Source of the DNA: Promethearchaeota archaeon
Lineage (GTDB): Archaea > Asgardarchaeota > Hermodarchaeia > Hermodarchaeales > Hermodarchaeaceae
Reading direction: 5' to 3'
Assembly: GCA_048938295.1 (NCBI GenBank)
Contig: JBHLMI010000005.1
Span: forward strand, 76,097 to 108,096
Length of the DNA: 32,000 nucleotides
A model generated the notes under the pieces. That model had not been told where the DNA came from. It ran no database searches and worked only from the letters and a program-made list of their open reading frames with translations. Of this stretch, positions 17,874-26,256 are shown one piece after another (position 1 is the first letter of the stretch; each line of letters begins with the position of its first letter). Position numbers and translations under genes: made by a program.

Positions 17874-17932
17874 ATGAACCTGGCTCTTGCATCTTTTATG
17901 AACCTGATAATTCAGAAAACGACAGGTTCCAT
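17874..17932. promoter_or_regulatory. Three regularly spaced GAACCTG motifs (two direct, one inverted); candidate operator or hairpin
   Basis: ATGAACCTG at 17874-17882 and 17898-17906; inverted CAGGTTC at 17923-17929. Confidence 0.3.
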
Positions 17933-17941
17933 CATATTGGT

Positions 17942-18517
17942 TTAGCTGATATATTCGGATTTTAAGAGACCAAAATAAACAAGCCCATATCGGGTTCCAT
18001 TTTCGATTCGTGCTTCCCGAAAATGACCCTCGCGTTTAAACCCCAGTCGTTCGGCGAGTTTGATACTTCGCAAATTTGTATCGCGTGAAATCACGATAAC
18101 TTTGTGGGCTTGTAAATTGCTGAAAATGAATGTTAGAGAGCGGTTTGCAGCTTCGGTAGCGAAGCCTTTTCCAAGAACTCCTGAATCAAGGAACCAACCG
18201 AGTTCAAAGGAAGGTACTTTCCATTGATTCGGCTCGATCCAAATCTCGCCAATATAGAGGGAGTCTTTCTTCCTCCAGATTCCCATAACAAATCTTATCT
18301 GAGCCTCCCACTCGTCAGCGTGTTGGCGAACGTTAGCCTCTGCAGCAGCAATGTCTTTGATTTTCGCAACCTCCTCCACATTCGGGAGGAGAAACTGCCG
18401 ATTATGATTCCGTTCCAGCAAGGCAAGGACCGCGGCTCCATCTCCCGCTTTATATTTCCTGATAAGGAGTCTGTCTGTTTCTAAGTCCTCAGGAAGCTTC
18501 GAATATACCGGATCCAT
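17942..18517 (-). CDS. GNAT family N-acetyltransferase (RimJ/RimL type)
   Basis: LETDRLLIR, ELGWFL...GKGFATEA, N.RS.KLAERLGF.REG. Confidence 0.9.
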   Translation of the reverse strand: MDPVYSKLPEDLETDRLLIRKYKAGDGAAVLALLERNHNRQFLLPNVEEVAKIKDIAAAEANVRQHADEWEAQIRFVMGIWRKKDSLYIGEIWIEPNQWKVPSFELGWFLDSGVLGKGFATEAANRSLTFIFSNLQAHKVIVISRDTNLRSIKLAERLGFKREGHFREARIENGTRYGLVYFGLLKSEYIS

Positions 18518-18540
18518 TAATCATCCCTGGCAAAAGGTGA

Positions 18541-18912
18541 TTATTTCACCGTCGAGTCATACTGCATCATCCCCATAAGGTTTCCTTCAGTGTCTTTGAA
18601 GTACACGTAATAGCCCACACCGGGGATTGTCATTTTTTCACCGATGATGGTGCCATTGTTGGTTTTGATGAGCTTGATGTATTTGTCGATGTCTTCAACG
18701 CCGATTACGTTGACCGTGACTCCTTCTGGGAATTCCTCGCGTTGGGCAAATGATCCATTAATCCCAGGCTCTGCATCGTCACCTGTGATTAGGAACCAAT
18801 GGTCGACTGGACCTTTCCATTTTTCAACCTTCCAACCAAAGACGGTTTGATAAAACGTTGTTATCCGTTCGATATCATCAGCTGGAATCTCAAAATCGAT
18901 AACTCGGGGCAT
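18541..18912 (-). CDS. VOC/glyoxalase family protein
   Basis: MPRVIDFEIPADD.ER...FY..VFGW, V.DID..I..I..NNG, PGVG..VYFKDTEGN. Confidence 0.9.
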   Translation of the reverse strand: MPRVIDFEIPADDIERITTFYQTVFGWKVEKWKGPVDHWFLITGDDAEPGINGSFAQREEFPEGVTVNVIGVEDIDKYIKLIKTNNGTIIGEKMTIPGVGYYVYFKDTEGNLMGMMQYDSTVK

Positions 18913-18989
18913 TACAAACCACATCCACAAGGTGGGTGGGGATTTAATTCTATGCATCAACTATTGTATGTACCGGTCCCGGCAGCCTA

Positions 18990-19781
18990 TCATGTCTTGG
19001 GGGCGTAACGGCTTTGAGGCGGGATTTTTCCCACAGGGGCAAGATAGACCACAAATTCATCATTTCCATCTACTTCGAGTAACTCATCGAGCGCTTTTTG
19101 ATCATATGCGGCAATGGCACACGTTCCAGCCCCTATTGCCTCACATGCTAGGTAGAGATTTTGACAGATATGCCCGGCTTCAATTGCAGTTCCCTTGTGC
19201 GCAGCCACACTATACCGCCATTCGATTCGATAAGGAATCACTGCCCAGATAAACACCACTGCAGCACGGGCGACGAAGTTCTGTTTCAGACAGATATCAC
19301 GGAGCTGAGCTGCAAGATCAGGTTTCGCTGGAGAGAGGAATAGGAGCTTATGTTCAAGGGCAAGGTACCGGTATATGCCAGGTTGAAGCTCCGATACGTG
19401 AAAGACTGCTAGATAGGTTTCATATGGATGCCGGGATCCACCCGAGGGCACCGTGCGTTTTGTGGTATCGATTCGCCCATGTCGATTATCCAGAGCCACT
19501 TTATGGACTCCTTGCGTTACCCAGAGCAGCAAGGAGAGCTCTTCAAGAGAAAGGGGTTCGTCGATATAACCACGACGACTCTTGCGACGGTTTATCGCCT
19601 CAAGCAACGGAATTGGAGGCACATCAAAATCCTGCGGGGCCACAAGGTCAATTATCTGCGAGGTTGTTGAAAAGGGCTTCTGGAATGGCGGCGGAGGGAT
19701 GCCCTTTCGTTGATCAGGAACGATATCGGGGGTTGATGCCCAATCATGGGCTTTGAGGAATTTCCGACCTGCGTCCATCAT
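18990..19781 (-). CDS. SagB/ThcOx-type nitroreductase family protein
   Basis: AINRRKSRR, RTVPSGGSRHPYE, PGIYRY and EAGHICQNLYLACEA.G.GTCAI.AYD. Confidence 0.9.
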   Translation of the reverse strand: MMDAGRKFLKAHDWASTPDIVPDQRKGIPPPPFQKPFSTTSQIIDLVAPQDFDVPPIPLLEAINRRKSRRGYIDEPLSLEELSLLLWVTQGVHKVALDNRHGRIDTTKRTVPSGGSRHPYETYLAVFHVSELQPGIYRYLALEHKLLFLSPAKPDLAAQLRDICLKQNFVARAAVVFIWAVIPYRIEWRYSVAAHKGTAIEAGHICQNLYLACEAIGAGTCAIAAYDQKALDELLEVDGNDEFVVYLAPVGKIPPQSRYAPKT

Positions 19782-19877
19782 TGAGATCACTATCTTTTCG
19801 CGGTTCTTGTAACCCTTGAGCGAAGAAAAATAAATAATGAGTACCTTGATGCAAAGTTATCTGGAGCACGACCGTAA

Positions 19878-20147
19878 ATGATACCATTCTCTGAAGTCTG
19901 GGAACGCATCGCCAAAAACGCTGGGAAAGTCTTCTACACTAAAAAACGAATAAAATTCACATACACAGTGAATGAAGACACCCTCATCACAAATCGAATA
20001 GACTATATCTTGACCCGAAACGAAGTCATGGCTGCCTTCCGGCATGTTCCTCTTGGGGGCCCCAGTGAGTTATCTGGTCTAGTTCGCGGACCGAGTTACA
20101 TTTGGGCCATCCTCCATGACAAACGCATCCGCCAGAAGGACTGGTGA
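19878..20147 (+). CDS. Small hypothetical protein (89 aa)
   Basis: ATG start, protein-like composition (W.RI....G..F; GPSYIWAIL.D.RI), followed by a T-tract at about 20163-20168. Confidence 0.65.
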   Translation: MIPFSEVWERIAKNAGKVFYTKKRIKFTYTVNEDTLITNRIDYILTRNEVMAAFRHVPLGGPSELSGLVRGPSYIWAILHDKRIRQKDW

Positions 20148-20204
20148 AACGTTTGTAACAGCTTTTTTATCACACTATCAGGGTATGAAAGACTGGTGAC
20201 ACCA

Positions 20205-20972
20205 ATGGGACTTGTCCGAACACCAGAAGAACTCAAACGGAGGACACAACACCTTGCCCAAGGGTCTTTGATCGGAGACGTCAAGATGGTTTTCGCCCGA
20301 TTCCAGACTGACCCGAACATCGTTAAACGCCTATTACCTCCACCCCTTGAACCCAGCCCCAAGCCCCTGGGATTTGTCTATGTAGCCGAGTTCGGAAACC
20401 CCAACTTTTGCCCACCCTACAATGAGGCTGGTGTCTTCGTCGACGCGCAATACAAAAGCGAGATAGCGAGCTATTGCCTTTCCATGCCGGTCACCGTTGA
20501 CTCAGCACTGTGGCAGGGCAGAGAAACCCAAGGCTATCCGAAGAAAATCGCTGAATTCATTGCCATTGAAGAACGAGGCAACTATGTGACCGGTAATTGT
20601 ATTCGCCGTGGCAAACGGCTCATAACCATGACCCTCCAACTCGAAGGTCCTCTAAAAGAAGAACTCCCCAACACCGCGATTTACACCATCAAAGCTTTTC
20701 CCAGCATTTCCGGTGCAGGCTTTGAGCACCCACCCATTCTTATTCACTCGCACAACGAGTTCCGCTGGAATACACCCGAAAAAGGGATTGGCCGTGTCAC
20801 TTTTGGGAAATCAGAACAAGACCCCATCCACGATATTCCCATCAAAGAAGTCGTCCTCGCCGGGTATGGTAAGCATATCGAAATCCTAATGCACCCCGGA
20901 GACATCGTGGCTGAACTTGACCCAGAAATCTATGAGCCTTACTATTGGAATAAACAAGACTGGGACTACTAA
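20205..20972 (+). CDS. Acetoacetate decarboxylase family protein
   Basis: F.TDP.IVKRLLPPPLEP, YNEAG and GRETQGYPKK (Schiff-base Lys motif). GGTGA RBS 5 nt before ATG 20205. Confidence 0.88.
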   Translation: MGLVRTPEELKRRTQHLAQGSLIGDVKMVFARFQTDPNIVKRLLPPPLEPSPKPLGFVYVAEFGNPNFCPPYNEAGVFVDAQYKSEIASYCLSMPVTVDSALWQGRETQGYPKKIAEFIAIEERGNYVTGNCIRRGKRLITMTLQLEGPLKEELPNTAIYTIKAFPSISGAGFEHPPILIHSHNEFRWNTPEKGIGRVTFGKSEQDPIHDIPIKEVVLAGYGKHIEILMHPGDIVAELDPEIYEPYYWNKQDWDY

Positions 20973-21071
20973 CCTGTCAAGCGCCAATGAGAAGATTTTC
21001 TACTCTTAGAGAGAATGTGCGGAAATATAAACAACCAATACCTAAGTTATTGATCGGAGATTTGTAACCCA

Positions 21072-21359
21072 ATGCATCCGGGTACCAAACGAAAATTCAT
21101 ATACGCATATTATCGCTCTAGCAGCAATTATCGTCATTGGTGCAGCGTCTTACAATATTATCATGAGCCTTAACTGCTACTTTCCCTGCTAATGGGTTAC
21201 AGGGTTTATCGGGTATTGTGATTGTCCTTCACTAATACTAGGACCGGGAGGAACTAGCTTATACCTGAGGGCATCCCTGGCTTCCCAATAGAAGCCATTT
21301 TATTAGGCGTCTTAGTCTCTGTGGTCTTGATGCTCACTGTTTACCGTCGAAAAACATAA
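21072..21359 (+). pseudogene. Decayed exported-protein gene ending in an IPGF-TM-RRK C-terminal sorting-like signal
   Basis: MHPGTKRKF (ATG 21072), frameshift into IIALAAIIVIGAASY, in-frame TAA at 21190, then a second frameshift into EGIPGFPIEAILLGVLVSVVLMLTVYRRKT* (21267-21359). Confidence 0.5.
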
Positions 21360-21419
21360 CACTACTCCAATAAGGACACCGTGACAAAAAGCAATGCATC
21401 GAAAATCAATTCATGCAAG

Positions 21420-22031
21420 TCATTTTCGAAAATGAATTTTTTCGAGTTCCATTTCCACAATACCTAATTGTGGAAGGAGCAATGTCGTAACATCACACCA
21501 CGCCTTCACTAATCCTTGTGCTAACGCATTCTGGAGCCCTTGAGAAGCTCTCCGCAACAAGGAAGAGTGTAAATCTTTCCCTGTCATCCCACGTAAGGCA
21601 TGAAATGTCTGATCAAGAATCGTGTCTAAGGATGCAGCAATCCCACTAATGAATACCGAATTTCCAAACTCATCAACCGGTCCAACTTGCGACTGTTCAA
21701 AGGCTTTCACCGCCGCTTTATCACCCAAGATGCCGTGCGTAATCACATATGCAGCAAAAAACTGGGTTTTCCCCGTGGGATCAAACACATCTAACATCCG
21801 CAAATCCTCCTCCAAGTCCGCAACCAGCCTTCGCCAAGCCTTCAGCACTGCCTTCCGAGTTGTCTCCTCTGCAGTCACAAACTCACGAATCTGTGGTAAG
21901 AACCCCGCAGCAACACGCGCCACAAACCACTGATATTCTTTCGGTCGACTAGCAAACGTTCTTCCCTGAAACCGTCGTTTCCGACCTTGTTTCCAATCCT
22001 GAATTAACCCATTAATCTGTTCAAATGACAC
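21420..22031 (-). CDS. Hypothetical protein (203 aa, mostly helical)
   Basis: Long ORF with GTG start and protein-like composition; no motif recognised. Confidence 0.6.
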   Translation of the reverse strand: MSFEQINGLIQDWKQGRKRRFQGRTFASRPKEYQWFVARVAAGFLPQIREFVTAEETTRKAVLKAWRRLVADLEEDLRMLDVFDPTGKTQFFAAYVITHGILGDKAAVKAFEQSQVGPVDEFGNSVFISGIAASLDTILDQTFHALRGMTGKDLHSSLLRRASQGLQNALAQGLVKAWCDVTTLLLPQLGIVEMELEKIHFRK

Positions 22032-22256
22032 AAATTCATTCCCACTTCTTCTTCGTACTCCACCTTTTTAGAATAGGGTAAGACGACAAGTATTTGCCCT
22101 TTCTTCAAGGAAATCTCAAGCTTCGCTGCACTAACCAAGCACTTGCTAGGCTCAAGAGGACTCCAAGGCGTCTCTACCCCACACTCTCACAAACCAGCTA
22201 TTTGCGCAGATGAGAGTATTTATCTGTTATACTATCCAAATAGTCTCTGAGTTTAA

Positions 22257-22281
22257 TGTCAAAAAAGAGCTGTCAAAAAAG
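22257..22281 (-). terminator. Tandem T6 tracts (11-bp direct repeat), candidate archaeal terminator on the minus strand
   Basis: TGTCAAAAAAG at 22257-22267 and 22271-22281, read as CTTTTTTGACA twice on the minus strand. Confidence 0.4.
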
Positions 22282-22499
22282 TCGTCACCCCCGATACACT
22301 CGGTCCAACCGTCCAGACAAACGAAAAGTGACTGGTGAAGAACGGCTCGAAAACACCCGAACCAAATATCGACCCATAACCTATCGAACCGGTCGTTGGG
22401 CTTAAACGCTATCAGAATTCTTTTGGCTCCCTTTTGACCTGCACATGGTTAGATGGATTGGATGTAACAAGAAGCTTTAGAACAGCACCATGCATCAAG

Positions 22500-22793
22500 C
22501 TAACTGGACTGAATCGACAGACCCCTTACAAGCTGTTTGTACCCCGTTTGAATGGTACTAGCGGACACCCCGGTTGCTTGTCCAATAGCCTCCTGTGTCC
22601 GTCGTTCGTTTTCTAAAATACACGCAATGTATAGCGCGGCAGCCATGAGGCTTTCCGGCGCCTTCCGCACCGTCAACCCTGCCTGCTCTGCATCTATAAG
22701 AATCAGTTGCGCACGCTCCCGCGTTTTCGACGACAATCGCAGCTCATCAATATAGGGAGCAAGATCGTATTCAGAGATTTCGGGACTATTCAT
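22500..22793 (-). CDS. Stand-alone TFB C-terminal cyclin repeat (97 aa)
   Basis: ELRLS.KTRERA..IL..AE..GLT..KAPESLMAAALYIAC.LENERRTQ..I....GVS..TI...YK.LV matches the second cyclin repeat of archaeal TFB. GAGGTGA RBS 5 nt before ATG 22793. Confidence 0.82.
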   Translation of the reverse strand: MNSPEISEYDLAPYIDELRLSSKTRERAQLILIDAEQAGLTVRKAPESLMAAALYIACILENERRTQEAIGQATGVSASTIQTGYKQLVRGLSIQSS

Positions 22794-22827
22794 CTGATTC
22801 ACCTCACTCATCGCGAGTAAGGTTCCC

Positions 22828-22846
22828 TTATAAACCGTCTTTTTTC
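22828..22846 (-). promoter_or_regulatory. TATA box with purine-rich upstream element for the TFB-repeat gene
   Basis: Minus strand reads GAAAAAAGACGG-TTTATAA, 35-41 nt upstream of ATG 22793. Confidence 0.55.
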
Positions 22847-22875
22847 TCCCTTTCGAAAAATTGCGTGATACTATA

Positions 22876-23160
22876 TTAAACGTGGTACTCTGTTGTCAGA
22901 ATATCCATGTAGATCAGATCATGATATTGCCCGTTGAAGAATATGTGCTCACGGACACGCCCAACTTCCCTGAACCACGCTTTCTGGTAGACATGCCGTG
23001 CTCGATGGTTAAAGGCATTCACCCTAACATGATACTCACCAGGTTGAGTATATGAAACCTGAACTGCAACATAAGTTGCACCGTCTCAGAGCCCAACCCT
23101 CTATTCCAAAATGACTTGTCCCAAATGTGAAATAACCTATAATATGCTACTTTATACTTG
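22876..23160 (-). pseudogene. 5'-truncated, frameshifted RimJ/RimL GNAT acetyltransferase remnant
   Basis: Minus strand reads IWDKSFWNRGLGSETVQLMLQFRFHILNLVSIMLG* and, after a 1-nt shift, VNAFNHRARHVYQKAWFREVGRVREHIFFNGQYHDLIYMDIL...* (stop 22876-22878). No start codon precedes the conserved part. Confidence 0.8.
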
Positions 23161-23211
23161 AATCGCCTTTAATCAAATCAAACATAATGAACACACAGTT
23201 ACCTACTTTTA

Positions 23212-24510
23212 TTATAGACACAGGTAGTGGATTAGTTGTTTTATTAGATTAATCAGGTCGCTAATACGGACATATTCATCGGGTTGATGTGCTGACAGAT
23301 TATCCACGGTTAGTCCCCCAACCCCTACAAACTTATCAGTGTTTAACGCTTTAGCTACGAACCCCATGTCAGTAGAGATGGAAGCACCACCATAAATCAA
23401 ATCACTTTCTTGATAACCATGAACAGCTTTCAATGCCTTATTCATTTTCTGAATGTATTTACTTTCCGTATCAGTCTTGAATGGATAATAGGCGTGAATA
23501 AAAGTGACCTCAACATCCAAGGCCTTACTCTTAGTCATTCCACGATCAATAGCAGCTTGTATCTCTGCAATAATATCATCATACTTTTCTTCTGAGATGT
23601 ATCGTCGATTAATAACCAATTCACACTCTGAGGGCACAATGTTAGATTTAGTGCCCCCACGAATAATATTAAGATTGAACAAGGATGTCATCTGGTCGGA
23701 AGGAGCACCAACTTCTCGAAGAGCAGGTAAAATTGGGATTGACGACTCACGCTTCTCTATTTCAACTTTAAGCTGCCGCAGCTCATCAATAAATGGAAGC
23801 ATCTCTTCTACGGCGTTAATGCCAACAAAACTTATCCCTGAGTGGGCGCTTCGACCTTTAGTACGAATAATCACATCAACCATGCCAGCTACACCAGCAA
23901 TAATAATAGGATCTTGCGTGCCTCCCTCGGTGTTAATGACATGACCCTTAACATAGCCCTCCTTCGCCAAATGGTAAATACCTGGGTATACGCCAATTTC
24001 CTCGTCGGTGCATAGAGTACAGACAATATTATAGTGAGGTTCAAGTCGGAGTTCATCCATAACCTCAAGTGCTATGAGCATCCCGGCAATACCTGATTTC
24101 ATGTCACAAGCTCCCCGGCCATAGAGCTTATCACCCTCAACAATTCCTTCAAAGGGGTCCTTCGTCCATGGTTCTTCTATGGGAACGACGTCCATGTGTG
24201 CATAGATAGTCACGGTTTCTTTTCGACCATGTTCACGAGTAGCAACTAGGTTGATACGCGGGCCTTTAAGCGGATAAGGAATCGACTTGATGTACTCCTC
24301 AGGGACCACTATACGGTCAGTTGTAAAACCAATCTTCTTGAAGAGAGGTTCTAAGAAATTCACAAGAGCTTCATAGTTGTCACCGGGAGGCACAACTGTC
24401 GGAATTCGAATCAAGCCTTGCATTAGCGCAATGATTCGATCTCGCTTTTGCTCAACTACTTTGAAAATTTGCTCTAAAGAAGGTCGATCTGTTGACAAAT
24501 CATGAGGCAT
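23212..24510 (-). CDS. M20 metallopeptidase/amidohydrolase (ArgE/DapE-like)
   Basis: YAHMDVVP, LYGRGACDMKSG, TDEEIG, GRSAHSG, STDMG and AHQPDEY. ATG 24510 (GTG 24522 is an alternative). Confidence 0.9.
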   Translation of the reverse strand: MPHDLSTDRPSLEQIFKVVEQKRDRIIALMQGLIRIPTVVPPGDNYEALVNFLEPLFKKIGFTTDRIVVPEEYIKSIPYPLKGPRINLVATREHGRKETVTIYAHMDVVPIEEPWTKDPFEGIVEGDKLYGRGACDMKSGIAGMLIALEVMDELRLEPHYNIVCTLCTDEEIGVYPGIYHLAKEGYVKGHVINTEGGTQDPIIIAGVAGMVDVIIRTKGRSAHSGISFVGINAVEEMLPFIDELRQLKVEIEKRESSIPILPALREVGAPSDQMTSLFNLNIIRGGTKSNIVPSECELVINRRYISEEKYDDIIAEIQAAIDRGMTKSKALDVEVTFIHAYYPFKTDTESKYIQKMNKALKAVHGYQESDLIYGGASISTDMGFVAKALNTDKFVGVGGLTVDNLSAHQPDEYVRISDLINLIKQLIHYLCL

Positions 24511-24574
24511 GTATTTTCTCACTTCATCTGTGAGGTTTCTGTGTGTGATTGAAACATCTTCAAACTAGAGTCTC

Positions 24575-26200
24575 CTAGTTCTTAGAAATTTCCTCAAGAA
24601 TTTTGAGTTGTTCGAGTATATATTCGAGCTCAATTGCAGTTTCGATTATCTCTTTGTTCATATGTAATAAATCGACATGAGCGTCATGTCCATATTTATT
24701 CACTATATCGCATAGCTGGTCGAGGTTTTTATTTCTCCACTTAGCTTCTTCTATCATATCCTCCTGCTCTAACCGCTCTAGTTCTTCTTCAAGCTGATTT
24801 AGTTGAGCCATTCCTTTCAACATTTTTTTAGCAGCTTGTTTGGCTTCACTTGAAATATTGGACCAAATTGCCTGTTTTGCAGAGATTTTTTCCAGCAACC
24901 ACTCTGTGTGGTTTAGATTTTTTTGTGCTAACTTAATGTAAGCCGAATTGTCGGTTGTCACTGTTATTTTGTAGATATTTTCATATTTGGTTAACAGGCT
25001 CTTGACGGTTTCTTCTATCCAACTTAATGAGTAGTCTGACTGCAACTCCATCTCAAGTGTTTCAAAGGCAAAAGTAAACCAGTCAAGGTACTTCCAACCT
25101 TTCGAAACAATGCTCTTACCTATATCCTCTATGCTCCTTATTTGGTTCATTAGATTCTGAAGCTCGTTAAGAATATGTTCACTGAGTGTTTTCATAGATA
25201 GCTTTGAAGTGGTTCTTGGCAGTTTGGTTTCTTCTGAAGTCACATAGAATATCGTATTATGAAGCATTCCATTATTGTCTGGAGCAAGCTCAGGGTGGGA
25301 GCCAAACAGCACAACTTTCCCCTGTCCATAATTTGTAGTTACAACTTCTGCATTGTCTTTCATTTTCTTGTATATTTCAGGAGAACTCACCATTCCTTCT
25401 GCTTTTATTTCGTGTAACGTTGCCAGCACTTTAACTCCCTCACCAGCATCGAACGTTGGTCCACCATAAAAAAGAGCTTCATTGAAGCCCGAATATCCAA
25501 ACATAACTGGGTGGTTTGGTTTTATGATTCTCTGAATTATTGGACCTATGTTCCATACGTTTGGAGGAGTATTCGGTGTTTTCGCGTTAGCAATGCCAAA
25601 GAAGTCTTTGGTTGAAGGATACGCAACATACGTGCTTTTTTGAGCTAAGAATCCGCCAGCACAAATGCCGATGTATCCTCCTCCATTATTGACAAATTGG
25701 ACGACTTCATTTCGGGCCTTCTTGCCGAGGGTTCTCATTGTCCAAACTTCATCTCCACCTGGAAATATTACGCCATCATACTCTTGCAGGAATCCTCGTT
25801 CGATTTGTTTGGCGCTTAAGAGAGTGAAATCAAAACCTACGGTATTAAGTGCTATAGCAACAAAAACCCATGTTTCTCCTCCAATATCACTATAAACCGC
25901 AATTCTTGGACTCTTAAGTTGTAATGCCTTGATTGACGGAATTTCGCTTATTTCATTCCATTGAACACCAAATTCTTCAGCTAAAATGTTAAAGACTTTA
26001 TATTCTAGCTCATTGGCTACAATTAGGTATGAACCTGGCTTGAAATTCAATGAGCCTGCATTGAAGGATTTTAGAACCCTAAATACATCGAAACCTCTTT
26101 TTAAGAGCAGACTCACGATATTGGTGACCTTTACCATCTCTTCTGGTTCACGAGATTGGGGAAGTACAAGAGATTTTATAATTCCAATATTAGTAGCCAT
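24575..26200 (-). CDS. BPL-N (class I GATase-like) domain protein with extra N-terminal domain and helical C-terminus
   Basis: YDGVIFPGG, FVNNGGGYIGICAGG (Cys elbow), YGGP.F and GKVVLFGSHPE. Confidence 0.8.
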   Translation of the reverse strand: MATNIGIIKSLVLPQSREPEEMVKVTNIVSLLLKRGFDVFRVLKSFNAGSLNFKPGSYLIVANELEYKVFNILAEEFGVQWNEISEIPSIKALQLKSPRIAVYSDIGGETWVFVAIALNTVGFDFTLLSAKQIERGFLQEYDGVIFPGGDEVWTMRTLGKKARNEVVQFVNNGGGYIGICAGGFLAQKSTYVAYPSTKDFFGIANAKTPNTPPNVWNIGPIIQRIIKPNHPVMFGYSGFNEALFYGGPTFDAGEGVKVLATLHEIKAEGMVSSPEIYKKMKDNAEVVTTNYGQGKVVLFGSHPELAPDNNGMLHNTIFYVTSEETKLPRTTSKLSMKTLSEHILNELQNLMNQIRSIEDIGKSIVSKGWKYLDWFTFAFETLEMELQSDYSLSWIEETVKSLLTKYENIYKITVTTDNSAYIKLAQKNLNHTEWLLEKISAKQAIWSNISSEAKQAAKKMLKGMAQLNQLEEELERLEQEDMIEEAKWRNKNLDQLCDIVNKYGHDAHVDLLHMNKEIIETAIELEYILEQLKILEEISKN

Positions 26201-26256
26201 CTTTTAGAACCTCATTTCATTTAATTGCAAATGAAATGGTACTTCGAAGATTTATT

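Noticed and set aside
18990-19781. SagB-like gene as a sign of a TOMM/RiPP cluster
   Set aside because: No YcaO, precursor peptide or transporter nearby. Stand-alone SagB-type nitroreductases are common in archaea.
22000-22190. Open minus-strand frame of about 60 codons upstream of the 203-aa gene
   Set aside because: No convincing start codon or RBS, and no recognisable motif.
22861-23055. 64-aa plus-strand ORF
   Set aside because: It is antisense to a clearly recognisable GNAT remnant.
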